Both the position numbers and the translations under genes were made by a program. Positions 30,973 through 39,803 of a stretch of 64,000 nucleotides of DNA are shown piece by piece. Location: positions 128,001 to 192,000 of the forward strand of contig CAVWWD010000007.1 of NCBI GenBank assembly GCA_963758635.1, written 5' to 3'. The notes under the pieces were generated by a model that saw only the letters and a list, made by a program, of their open reading frames with translations, did no database searches and was not told the DNA's origin. The stretch comes from an uncultured Candidatus Rokubacteria bacterium. GTDB lineage: Bacteria; Methylomirabilota; Methylomirabilia; Rokubacteriales; CSP1-6. The first letter of the stretch is position 1; the number at the start of each line of letters is the position of its first letter.

Positions 30973-32463
30973 TCACGTCGTTGCCGGTCGGGATGCCTCC
31001 GAGGCTCGCGGGAAAAACATCTGGACGACCGTACCCTGGCCAGGCGTCGAGTCGATCTCCACGTAGCCGCCGTGCTGCTTCACGATGCCGTAGACGCTCG
31101 GTAGCCCGAGGCCCGTCCGGCCGTCGCGGGCCCTCGGCGCGGCGAAGGGCTCGAAGAGGTGCGCGCGCTTCTCCGGCGCGATGCCCTGTCCGGTGTCACG
31201 CACCGTGATGGCCACGTGCGACCTGGTCACCTCCGTGCCAGCAACGTCGCCCGCCCCGGGCCCGGGCACGTTGGCCACTCCGACCTCGAGACGGCCGCCG
31301 TCCGGCATGGCATCCCGCGCGTTCGCCACGAGATGCATGATCGCGCCCTCGACCTGGGCGCGGTCGGCCTCCACCGGCCAGGCCTGCGGCGCGCGGCACT
31401 CCAGGGTCACCGTGGGGGGAAGCAGGGCCTGGATGTGAGGCGCCAGCCCGCGCACGATCTCGCTCAGGCTCAGGGGCTCGAGGCGAAGCATGACGCTGCT
31501 GCTGAAGGCGAGTAGCTCGGCGGCCAGCTTGGCGGTGAGCCGCGCTCCCTTCACGATCGCGAGCAGCCGGCGCCTGAGGGGCTCGTCGTCGAGGCCCTCG
31601 TAGACGAATTCGCTCTCGCGCAGGATGAGCGTGGCGAGCCCATTGAGCTCGTTGGCCACGCCACCGGCCAGGCGCCCGACGGCCTCGGAGGACTCCATCT
31701 GCTGCACGCGCGCCTGGAGCCGCTTGCGCTCGGCGATGTCGATGACCGTGACCCGCACCGCCGGGGCGTCGTGCCACGAGACTTCCGTGCTCCACGCCTC
31801 GACCCACAGAGGCTTGCCGTCGCGGGTGACGTGCTCGATCTCCTGGCCGTGCGGGACGGGCTCACCGCGTAGAAGGGCCGCGGTGTAGTCGGCGAGCCGA
31901 TCGCGCGCGGCCGGAGCCACGAGGTCGGAGAAGCGGGTGCCGGCGAGAGCGGCGGGCTCATCGTACCCGTGCATCTCCGCCAGCTTCCTGGTGGCGAACC
32001 GGATCACGCCGTCCTGGTGGATGCAGATACCGCCGGGCGCGCCCTCGACCAGGCTCTGATGGCGGGCCTGGCCCTCCTCGAGGTCCCGCCGCGCCACGCG
32101 CAGCGCCTGCTGGGCCCTGACCCGCTCGGTCACGTCGATGGCGTGGCCGAGCACGCGCGCCTCCCGGCCGGCCCCGCCGATCATCACGTTGCGGTACTCC
32201 CAGAAGCGCTCCGAGCCATCCCTGGCCAGGAGCAGCATGAGGCCACTGTCCTGACCTTTCTCGCGGATGCGGACGAGGTAGTCGTCGAAGAGGTGCGCCA
32301 CCGTGGGAGCGAGGTATTCGCGGAGGCTGTGGCCGACGCCGTCGTCCGCCGTCCAGCCGAGGGTGCGGGCCGCCGCCGGACTCACGTACGAGAGCACGCC
32401 CTCCTGGTCATGGATGCACATGAGACCGAGGCTGTTCTCGACGAGGAGTCGGTAGTCGTCCAT
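30973..32463 (-). CDS. PAS-PAS sensor histidine kinase-like protein (H-box His replaced by Asn)
   Basis: Two PAS/PAC domains (DVTER, DIAERK); GRLAGGVANELN; NARDAM, DTGQGI, GLGL. Confidence 0.85.
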   Translation of the reverse strand: MDDYRLLVENSLGLMCIHDQEGVLSYVSPAAARTLGWTADDGVGHSLREYLAPTVAHLFDDYLVRIREKGQDSGLMLLLARDGSERFWEYRNVMIGGAGREARVLGHAIDVTERVRAQQALRVARRDLEEGQARHQSLVEGAPGGICIHQDGVIRFATRKLAEMHGYDEPAALAGTRFSDLVAPAARDRLADYTAALLRGEPVPHGQEIEHVTRDGKPLWVEAWSTEVSWHDAPAVRVTVIDIAERKRLQARVQQMESSEAVGRLAGGVANELNGLATLILRESEFVYEGLDDEPLRRRLLAIVKGARLTAKLAAELLAFSSSVMLRLEPLSLSEIVRGLAPHIQALLPPTVTLECRAPQAWPVEADRAQVEGAIMHLVANARDAMPDGGRLEVGVANVPGPGAGDVAGTEVTRSHVAITVRDTGQGIAPEKRAHLFEPFAAPRARDGRTGLGLPSVYGIVKQHGGYVEIDSTPGQGTVVQMFFPRASEASRPATT

Positions 32464-32731
32464 GTTGGTTGCGCTGGGGCTCGCTCGCCTGATGCTTGAC
32501 GGGTGCGCGGCCAGCGCGATTCCTACAGCAATATCACATCAATGTCCCTCGGGACGGCACTCGCGAGAGTGGGGCGACGTATTTCCGAACGGTTCCCGGC
32601 GTGATGCTCCTGCAAGGAACTCGCGAGCGAGAGAGACCGATCGTCTGCCGCGCGGCCTGCTCTTCTAGCACACCGACTGCGTGATCTAGCGGGGCTCGCG
32701 ACCGTCCATACCAGGGAGAATATCTTTTTAG

Positions 32732-32778
32732 TTGACAGCGCTTTCAATAGTTCCTATTGTTTCAGCACACGCTGAAAC
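32732..32778 (+). promoter_or_regulatory. sigma70-type promoter with overlapping inverted repeats
   Basis: TTGACA-N17-TATTGT (32732-32760); palindromes CAATAG-ttc-CTATTG and GTTTCAGC-acac-GCTGAAAC. Confidence 0.75.
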
Positions 32779-32797
32779 CTATGGAACGAGTGAAAGG

Positions 32798-33844
32798 ATG
32801 TTTAAGTCTCAGGCTCTGCGTCAGTCGGCGGCTCAGCGACTCCGTGACCTGTTTCCTCGAGCGTCAGCCTGGGAGGAGACGCAGGACGCGGCCGTCGGCA
32901 CGCAAACTGTGGATGTGCTGGTGAAATTCAAGTTGGGTGCGGCCGAGCAAACCCTCGCGGTCGACTTCGCATCCTTGGGTCAGCCCAGACAGGTCCGTGA
33001 GGCCATCACGCGCCTGTCCGACGTGAAGCGCGAGTTCCCGTCGGCCTACCCGGTGGCGGTGGCGCAGTACATCGGCGCGCAGAGCGGGACGCTGCTCAAG
33101 CGCAACGGCATCGGATACCTCGACCTCTCCGGCAACTGCCATCTTTCGTTCGAGAACGTCCTGATCGAGAAGACGGGCAAGCCGAACGCCCAGCCGTCGA
33201 CCCGACCGCTCAAGTCGCTGTTCGCCCCGCGCGCCACCCGCGTGGTCCGAGTGCTCCTCGTCGACCCCCAGCACATGTGGCGGCTCGAGGAGCTCGGCAA
33301 GGCGGCCGACGTGAGCCTCGGCCACGCCCATAACGTGGTCAAGCGGCTCGAGCAGCTCGCGTGGGTGTCCCGCGACGAGAACCAGCGCATTCAGCTCGCG
33401 CGGCCGGGTGACCTCCTCGACGCCTGGGTGGACTCCTACACTTACAGGCGGAACGACACCGGCGCGTTCTTCTCGGCGGATCGCATCACCCGGAAGGTGA
33501 TCGGCGAGCTCGCCCGCGTGGCCCACACCGAGGGCCGACGCTACGCCTTCACGCTGCACGCCGGCGCCGCGCTCATCGCGCCGAACATGCGCTTTCCCGC
33601 GATCCACTGCTACGTGGAGGGCAATCCTGCGCCCCTGGTCCGGGCCCTCGGTCTTCGCAGCGGCGAGGGCGAGGGAAACGTGTACCTGATGGCCCCTTAC
33701 GACGAGGGCGTGTTCTACGCGCCGCTCACGAAGGGCGGCCTCCCGGTGGTCAGCCTGCCGCAGCTCTACGCTGACCTCTACCACTACGAGCGCCGGGGCA
33801 GGGAGCAGGCCACCCACCTCCGCCGCGAGGCGATGGGGTACTGA
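32798..33844 (+). CDS. AbiEi-like (type IV TA antitoxin family) transcriptional regulator
   Basis: GIGYLDLSGNC, wHTH RVVRVLL...ELGKAADVSLGHAHNVVKRL, LLDAW..Y, C-terminal QLYADLY...RRGREQA. Confidence 0.75.
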   Translation: MFKSQALRQSAAQRLRDLFPRASAWEETQDAAVGTQTVDVLVKFKLGAAEQTLAVDFASLGQPRQVREAITRLSDVKREFPSAYPVAVAQYIGAQSGTLLKRNGIGYLDLSGNCHLSFENVLIEKTGKPNAQPSTRPLKSLFAPRATRVVRVLLVDPQHMWRLEELGKAADVSLGHAHNVVKRLEQLAWVSRDENQRIQLARPGDLLDAWVDSYTYRRNDTGAFFSADRITRKVIGELARVAHTEGRRYAFTLHAGAALIAPNMRFPAIHCYVEGNPAPLVRALGLRSGEGEGNVYLMAPYDEGVFYAPLTKGGLPVVSLPQLYADLYHYERRGREQATHLRREAMGY

Positions 33845-33912
33845 ACGAGCCCGCGTGGGCCGAACACGTTTGCGGTGGCACATGGCTGTACACGAAAGGG
33901 GGTGAGTTCTCA

Positions 33913-33951
33913 ATGGCGAAGAAGAAGGCGGCCAAGAAGAAGAAGAAGTAA
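33913..33951 (+). CDS. putative 12-aa lysine-rich small protein MAKKKAAKKKKK
   Basis: Strong SD AAAGGGGGTGAG about 7 nt upstream, all Lys codons AAG, TAA stop. Confidence 0.55.
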   Translation: MAKKKAAKKKKK

Positions 33952-33967
33952 GGCGGCAACGTGCTGA

Positions 33968-34071
33968 GCGGCGGGGGGTGGCGGCCCCCCACCGCGGTTG
34001 GACCTTCAGCGCGTCCGCGGCGCCATCTGGCGCTGCGGTCTCCGGGACGGGGGGTGGAAACGCCCCCCGTC
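33968..34071. terminator. GC-rich hairpins between the sORF and convergent rpmB
   Basis: GACGGGGGGTG-GAAA-CGCCCCCCGTC (34046-34071) plus further stems at ~33968-33995 and ~34017-34036; no clear U-tract. Confidence 0.55.
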
Positions 34072-34100
34072 ACCGGTTCCTTCTGGAGGTCGTCGAGCGC

Positions 34101-34292
34101 TCAGACGACCTTCGTGACCTTCCCGGCCTTCAAACACCTCGTGCAGACCCGCACTCGCTTCACGGCCCCCGCCACCTTCGCCCGCATCGAGACGAGGTTC
34201 GCCAGCCACCGGCGCTTCGTGACGTTGTGAGCGTGGCTGATGCGGTGGCCGACGGCAGGCCCCTTCCCGCAGATATCGCAGCGCTGAGCCAT
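34101..34292 (-). CDS. rpmB: 50S ribosomal protein L28 (zinc-ribbon type)
   Basis: MAQRCDICGKGPAVGHRISHAHNVTKRRWLANL...VCTRCLK. Confidence 0.97.
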   Translation of the reverse strand: MAQRCDICGKGPAVGHRISHAHNVTKRRWLANLVSMRAKVAGAVKRVRVCTRCLKAGKVTKVV

Positions 34293-34339
34293 CCTGACTC
34301 CTTCGGGTTTCGTGAAGCGGTTGCTGGTTGCGGCCCTTC

Positions 34340-34368
34340 CTTATACCGTATGCAAGAGGGCAATGCAA
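34340..34368 (-). promoter_or_regulatory. candidate sigma70 promoter of rpmB
   Basis: Minus strand TTGCAT-N17-TATAAG. Confidence 0.5.
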
Positions 34369-34484
34369 GGAGCCGTCGTCTAAGTCGCTGAAAAATCGGG
34401 CGAGGCGCAGGCTCCCCGTCCCCCGAGCAACGGGGGACAGAGGTCTCGGGCCCTCTTCGTCGAGCCCCGCAGGAGGAGGATGGC

Positions 34485-35192
34485 ATGGACAGATCCTTGA
34501 CCCACGTGATCGTCGGTGTCCTGAGCGCCATGGGCCAGCGGCTGCTCTCCGCGCTGCCCTTGATGCTCACGTTGATCACGGTCATCGCGCTCGGCATGGT
34601 GATCGCCTGGGTGGCCGCCCGGCTCGTGTCGCGCCTCGCTCAGGCCGTGGACCTCGACCGCCGCGCGCGGAGCTGGGGCGTGGCGTCGTCCCTGGGCCGC
34701 GATGGGGGCGGCCGCACGCCGAGCGGCACGCTCGGGCTCATCGTGTTCTGGGGCGTGCTGCTGCTGATCGTCACCCTCGCCGTCGACGCGATGGCGGTGC
34801 CGGGCACCGAGCGGATCACCGCCTTCTTCTTCTCGTGGATTCCCGTCGCGCTCGGCGCCGTGCTGATCCTGGTCGTGGGCACGCTCTTCGCGAACTTCCT
34901 CTCCCAGGGCACGCTGATCGCCGCGGTGAACGCGGGTGTCCCCGAGGCGCGGCTGCTCGCGCGGGTCGTGCGCTGGGGGCTCCTGCTCTTCACCGTGGCC
35001 GCGGCGGCGACCCATCTCGGCCTCGCGAAGGAAATGGTCCTCGTCGCGTTCGGCATGACCTTCGGCGGGCTCGTGCTCGCGGCCTCGCTCGCGTTCGGTC
35101 TCGGCGGCCGACACCTCGCGCGGGAGATCCTGGAGCGCCGCCTGCGCCGGGAGCTGGACGCCGAGCGCCCCGAGCACCTGACTCACCTGTGA
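34485..35192 (+). CDS. CmpX/TM-helix repeat membrane protein (mechanosensitive-channel-like)
   Basis: GGAGG RBS; several TM segments; LAFGLGGRHLAREIL C-terminal motif. Confidence 0.75.
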   Translation: MDRSLTHVIVGVLSAMGQRLLSALPLMLTLITVIALGMVIAWVAARLVSRLAQAVDLDRRARSWGVASSLGRDGGGRTPSGTLGLIVFWGVLLLIVTLAVDAMAVPGTERITAFFFSWIPVALGAVLILVVGTLFANFLSQGTLIAAVNAGVPEARLLARVVRWGLLLFTVAAAATHLGLAKEMVLVAFGMTFGGLVLAASLAFGLGGRHLAREILERRLRRELDAERPEHLTHL

Positions 35193-35199
35193 GAGAGGC

Positions 35200-36378
35200 T
35201 CAGGTCCGGTGTCCGCGTTCTCCGAAGGCGGCCGCAGCGGCATGATAGACGGCCTCCGTCCGCTCGGCGACGGCGTCCCATCCGAACCGGCGCTCCACGT
35301 GCCGGCGGCCCGCCCCGCCCATCGCCCGGGCGCGAGCGGGGTCCGCGAGGAGCGCGGCCATGGCTTCGCCGAGCGCGTCGGGGCGGCCGGGCGGCACCAG
35401 GATCCCCGTCTCGCCGTCCACGACCACCTCGAGGATGCCGCCCACCGCGGAGGCGACCACGGGGGTCTCGCACGCCATCGCCTCGAGATTGATGACCCCG
35501 AACGGCTCGTACACGGACGGGCAGACGAAGAGCGCGGCGTGGGAGTAGAGCTGGATCACGTCGTCGACCGGCACCATCGCGTCGATCCACGTGACGCGCG
35601 GCCGCGCGGCGACCGCCGCGCGCAGCCGCTCGGCGATCTCCGGCGTGTCCGGCGCGGCGGCGCACAGCACGAGCTGCACCGGCTCGGGCAGGGCCGCGGC
35701 CGCCTCGACCAGGTGGAAGATGCCCTTCTGCTCCGAGATGCGCCCGACGAAGAGCACGTAGGGCGGGCGCACGCCGAGGCGGTCGAGGGCGTCCCGGGCG
35801 CGGGTGCGCCGGTAGCGGCCCAGGTCGATGCCGTTGTGGACGACGACCACGCGCTCCGCGGGGACGTCGAAGTGCGCCATCACGTCGCGGCGCATGGCCT
35901 CCGAGACCCCGATCACCCGGTCGGCGCCCTCCAGCGCCATCCGCTCCGCCCAGCTCGACACGCGATAGCCCGGCCCGAGCTGCTCGGCCTTCCAGGGACG
36001 CAGGGGCTCGAGGCTGTGCACGGTCACGACGAGGGGCACGTCGTGGAGCATCCGGATGAGCACGCCGGCCAGCGCCGCGTACCAGGTGTGCGCATGGGCA
36101 ACGTCGGCCTGGACGGGGTCCCGCGCCATGGCGAGCCCGACGGAGAGCGCCTCGAGGGCGGGAGCGTAGCGGAGGCCGTCGGCGCCGCGGCCCACCCGCG
36201 GCCACGGCGTGTAGCCGCGCGCGGCGATGCCGGCCGCGGGCGGGGCCGGCTCGTCGAAGCAGCGGACCTCCACGCTCATGCGGCGCGCGAGGGCGCGCGT
36301 GAGCTCGTCCACCACGACCCCGGCGCCGCCGTAGATGTGGGGCGGGTACTCGCGAGTGAGGCACAGCACGCGCATCAC
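35200..36378 (-). CDS. glgM: GT4 glycogen synthase / alpha-maltose-1-phosphate synthase (actinobacterial GlgA/GlgM type)
   Basis: LTREYPPHIYGGAGV, HAHTWYA, HSLEPLRPWKAEQLG.GY..SSW.E, CPSVYEPFGVINLEAMAC. Confidence 0.9.
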   Translation of the reverse strand: MMRVLCLTREYPPHIYGGAGVVVDELTRALARRMSVEVRCFDEPAPPAAGIAARGYTPWPRVGRGADGLRYAPALEALSVGLAMARDPVQADVAHAHTWYAALAGVLIRMLHDVPLVVTVHSLEPLRPWKAEQLGPGYRVSSWAERMALEGADRVIGVSEAMRRDVMAHFDVPAERVVVVHNGIDLGRYRRTRARDALDRLGVRPPYVLFVGRISEQKGIFHLVEAAAALPEPVQLVLCAAAPDTPEIAERLRAAVAARPRVTWIDAMVPVDDVIQLYSHAALFVCPSVYEPFGVINLEAMACETPVVASAVGGILEVVVDGETGILVPPGRPDALGEAMAALLADPARARAMGGAGRRHVERRFGWDAVAERTEAVYHAAAAAFGERGHRT

Positions 36379-36398
36379 CGACCAGCCTATCACCGCCC

Positions 36399-37691
36399 AT
36401 GACGCCTCCCATCATCTACAACCTGTTCCCGACGCTGGTCGGCCCGGCCGCGGGCTGGGTCGCGCACGCCGAGCGCGCCGCGAGCATGGGCTTCGACTGG
36501 CTGTACGTGAACCCCGTGCACTACCCCGGCTTCTCGGGAAGCCTCTACGCGGTGAAGGACCACGAGCGGCTGCACCCGCTGCTCGTGCCCGGCGACGGCG
36601 CGGCGCCGCTCGCGGCGCTCGGCCCCGTGGTGGGCGCGATACGCGAGCGTGGGCTCGGGGTGATGCTCGACCTGGTCGTCAACCACACCGCCCGGGACAG
36701 CGTGCTCGTGGAGCGTCGGCCCACGTGGTATCGGCGCGACGCGGCCGGCCGGGTGATGAGCCCCTCGGCGATCGACCCCGCCAACGCCGAGCGCGTCACC
36801 GTGTGGGGGGACCTGGCCGAGATCGACAACGCCGGGTCGTCCGAGCGAGACGATCTGTGGGGCTACTGGCAGGGGCTGATCGAGCGGTATCTCGACCTGG
36901 GGGTGACGGGCTTCCGGTGCGACGCCGCGTACAAGGTGCCGGCGGCCCTGTGGCGACGCCTGATCGCGACGGCGCGAGAGCGCACCCCGGAGGCGCTCTT
37001 CGTGGCGGAGACGCTCGGCTGCCGCATCGAGGAGGTCACGGCCCTCGGCGCGGCGGGATTCGACTACTTCTACAACAGCTCGAAGTGGTGGGACTTCGTC
37101 GCGCCGTGGGCCCTCGAGCAGCACGCGGCGTTCGGGCGCATCGCGCCCTCGATCGCCTTCCCCGAATCCCACGACACCGCCCGCCTCGCCGCCGAGACCG
37201 GTGGCCAGGAGGCCGTGCAGCGGCAGCGCTACGCGTTCGCCGCCGTCTTCTCGGCCGGCCTCCAGCTCACGATCGGGTACGAGTTCGGGTTCCGCCGGGC
37301 GCTCGACGTGGTCCGGACGAGCCCCGCGGACTGGGAGGCGCCGCTGTTCGACCTGCAGCCGTTCATCCGGCGGACGAACGCCCTCAAGCGCAGCCAGCCC
37401 TTGCTGCGCGAGGAAGGCGTGCTGCGGCCGGCCCCGCCGCCGGGCGATCGGGTCACCGCGCTCCGGCGGGAGAGCGCGGACGGCCGGCACCGCGGGCTCG
37501 TGCTGGTGAACCGGGACGCCCGCGGGTCGGCGCCGGCGTCGACCGCCGCCGCCGGCGTCTCCCCGCGCGCGCGCCTCTTTCGCCCGTGCGCGGACGATGC
37601 GCCCGCGGCCGGAGAGGCGGTCCCGGCCGAGATCCGGCTCGCCCCGGCCGAGATCGCGCTCATCGTGGAGGAGCCGGGCCGATCCGTGTGA
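36399..37691 (+). CDS. alpha-amylase family (GH13) protein
   Basis: IYNLFP, GFSGSLYAVKD, DLVVNHTA, GFRCDAA, AETLG, ESHDT catalytic-triad motifs. Confidence 0.88.
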   Translation: MTPPIIYNLFPTLVGPAAGWVAHAERAASMGFDWLYVNPVHYPGFSGSLYAVKDHERLHPLLVPGDGAAPLAALGPVVGAIRERGLGVMLDLVVNHTARDSVLVERRPTWYRRDAAGRVMSPSAIDPANAERVTVWGDLAEIDNAGSSERDDLWGYWQGLIERYLDLGVTGFRCDAAYKVPAALWRRLIATARERTPEALFVAETLGCRIEEVTALGAAGFDYFYNSSKWWDFVAPWALEQHAAFGRIAPSIAFPESHDTARLAAETGGQEAVQRQRYAFAAVFSAGLQLTIGYEFGFRRALDVVRTSPADWEAPLFDLQPFIRRTNALKRSQPLLREEGVLRPAPPPGDRVTALRRESADGRHRGLVLVNRDARGSAPASTAAAGVSPRARLFRPCADDAPAAGEAVPAEIRLAPAEIALIVEEPGRSV

Positions 37692-37780
37692 GGGTGAGCG
37701 CCCGACGACGCGAGCGACGCGGTCGGGCCGGCGCCGGGGGCGCGAGGGCGAGGCGCGAGGGCGAGGAAGGAGCGTGGACG

Positions 37781-38164
37781 ATGGCGCAGGGAGCGCGAGT
37801 GCTCGTGGTGGACGACGACGCGGAGATGCGTGCGATGCTGAGGGACGAGCTTGTCCACGACGGCTACGAGGTGGCCGAGGCCGCCGACGGAGGGGAGGCC
37901 GTCCTGGCGTGCCGCGGCCGCGCCTTCGACGTGATCGTGATGGACAAGAACATGCCGGGCCCGAGCGGGCTGGACCTGCTCCCGGGCTTCCGGCGCTCCT
38001 GTCCGGGCTCCCGCATCATCATGATGACGGCGTTCGGCGACCTGCCGTCGTACACCGAGGCGGTGGAGAAGGGGGCGGTGGACTTCCTGTTCAAGCCCTT
38101 CCGCATCGACGAGCTGAAGGCGGCGCTCCACCGGGCCCTCGACGCCGGCACGCCCTCGCCCTGA
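37781..38164 (+). CDS. single-domain response regulator
   Basis: VLVVDDD, IVMD..MPG.SG, MTAFG, FLFKPF; AAGGAG RBS. Confidence 0.92.
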   Translation: MAQGARVLVVDDDAEMRAMLRDELVHDGYEVAEAADGGEAVLACRGRAFDVIVMDKNMPGPSGLDLLPGFRRSCPGSRIIMMTAFGDLPSYTEAVEKGAVDFLFKPFRIDELKAALHRALDAGTPSP

Positions 38165-38173
38165 TGGTGACGC

Positions 38174-39760
38174 GTGAAGAACCTCACCGCGCGCCTGGTC
38201 CTCCTGCTGATGCTGGTCCTGCTCGTCGTCACGGGCCTCGCGGACTACGTGCGTCTGGCGCGCGAGCGCGACCGCCTCGTCGCGGTCACCATGACCGACC
38301 AGCGCATCTTCACCGACACGCTCGCGCTGGCCGTCCGGCGCAACGTGTCGCGAGGACGGACCACGGAGGAGCTCCAGGAGCTGCTCGAGGACATCCGTCG
38401 CCGCCCCCGCCTGGTGTGGGCGGCCATCTACGACTCGAAGGGACGCCGGGTGGCCGCCGCCGCGGGCTCGGGCGAGGCGCCGGCCCAGGCGGACCGCATC
38501 GTCGAGCGCGCCCTCGCGAGCCGGGCGCCCGTGTCCGAGACGTTCATGGAGCCGGGCGGCAAGGTGCTCCGGTCGATCCGTCCGCTGCGCTGGCCGGACG
38601 GCGGGACGGCCGCCGTCGAGGTGCGCCAGAGCCTCCGCGGGGTCGAGCGCGAGTTCGAGCGCGCGGTGCGGGAGAGCGTGGTGACCCGCGTGGCCGTGCT
38701 CGCCCTGTTCGTGCTCCTCGTGGTGGTGGTGACGCGCTGGAGCGTCGCCCGGCCGATCCGGGCGCTGATCCGCGGCGCGCGGGCGGTGGGCAGCGGCGAT
38801 CTCACCCAGCGCATCGACATGCGCGGGACCACCGAGCTGCGGCAGCTCGCCGACGAGTTCAACCGCATGGCCGAGAGCCTCGAGCGGGCGCAGCGGGCCC
38901 TGGTCGCCCAGTCCGAGGAGCGGGTGCGCCTGGAGCGCGAGGTGGAGCAGGCCCAGAAGCTGGCCGCCGTGGGGCTGCTCGCCGCCGAGGTCGCGCACGA
39001 GCTGGGGACGCCGCTGAACGTGATCTCCGGCCGGACGGAGGCCTTGTCGCGATCGCTGCCGCCGGACGCCCCCGGCCGCCGGCACGTGGAGCTGATCCAG
39101 GCCCAGACGGACCGGATCGCCCACATCGTGCGCGACCTGCTCGATCACGCGCGACCCCGGCGCCCGGAGCTCCGCGCGCAGGCCCTGGGTCCGCTCCTGA
39201 CCCGGGTCGTCGACCTGGTCGACGCCCGCTTCCGCGCCAAGGGCGTGCGGATCGCCCTCGAGCCGGCGCCACCGGAGGCGGTGGTCCACGCCGATCCCGA
39301 CCAGCTCTACCAGGTCTTCATCAACCTGCTGAGCAACGCGCTGGACGCGGCCGCGCCCGGCACGGTGGTCCGGATCGCCAGCGGGCCCGAGCCGCTCCTG
39401 CCCGCCGCGGGCCGCCACGGCGTGATCCGCGGGAAGGTGGATCCGCCGTTCGCCGCCGTGCACGTGATGGACGAGGGCCCCGGGCTGTCGCACGACGAGA
39501 TGAGCCGCGTCTTCCAGCCGTTCTTCTCCACCAAGCGCCGGGGGCAGGGCACGGGGCTGGGGCTGCCCATCGTCGAGGAGATCGTGCGAGCGCACCGGGG
39601 CGAGGTCGAGATCCTCTCGACGCCGGGCGTGGGCACCGAGGTCGTCGTGCGGCTCCCCATCGGGATCCGGAGCGAGACCGGGGCGGCCGTGCCGGCACGC
39701 GCCGGCGCGCGCCCGTCCGCCTCTCACCCCGGCGGTACAATCGAGGCTCGAAGCGCGTGA
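38174..39760 (+). CDS. HAMP-domain sensor histidine kinase
   Basis: Two TMs, HAMP, AHELGTPL, NLLSNALDA, DEGPG, FQPFFSTK..G.GTGLGL. Confidence 0.93.
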   Translation: MKNLTARLVLLLMLVLLVVTGLADYVRLARERDRLVAVTMTDQRIFTDTLALAVRRNVSRGRTTEELQELLEDIRRRPRLVWAAIYDSKGRRVAAAAGSGEAPAQADRIVERALASRAPVSETFMEPGGKVLRSIRPLRWPDGGTAAVEVRQSLRGVEREFERAVRESVVTRVAVLALFVLLVVVVTRWSVARPIRALIRGARAVGSGDLTQRIDMRGTTELRQLADEFNRMAESLERAQRALVAQSEERVRLEREVEQAQKLAAVGLLAAEVAHELGTPLNVISGRTEALSRSLPPDAPGRRHVELIQAQTDRIAHIVRDLLDHARPRRPELRAQALGPLLTRVVDLVDARFRAKGVRIALEPAPPEAVVHADPDQLYQVFINLLSNALDAAAPGTVVRIASGPEPLLPAAGRHGVIRGKVDPPFAAVHVMDEGPGLSHDEMSRVFQPFFSTKRRGQGTGLGLPIVEEIVRAHRGEVEILSTPGVGTEVVVRLPIGIRSETGAAVPARAGARPSASHPGGTIEARSA

Positions 39761-39803
39761 TGCGCAGTCGCGCGGGCGCGGGTCCGACGAGGGAAGGTGA
39801 GAC

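Noticed and set aside
33875..33890. TGGCAC upstream of the Lys-rich sORF as a sigma54 promoter
   Set aside because: No GC at the -12 position (GG-N10 is followed by TA).
37738..37770. Short direct repeat GCGCGAGGGCGAGG upstream of the response regulator
   Set aside because: Only two low-complexity copies; not a CRISPR array and not supportable as an operator.
36335..38164. 609-aa ORF ending in a receiver domain
   Set aside because: Only the last 127 aa (from 37781, with RBS) are protein-like; the rest shadows the GH13 gene.
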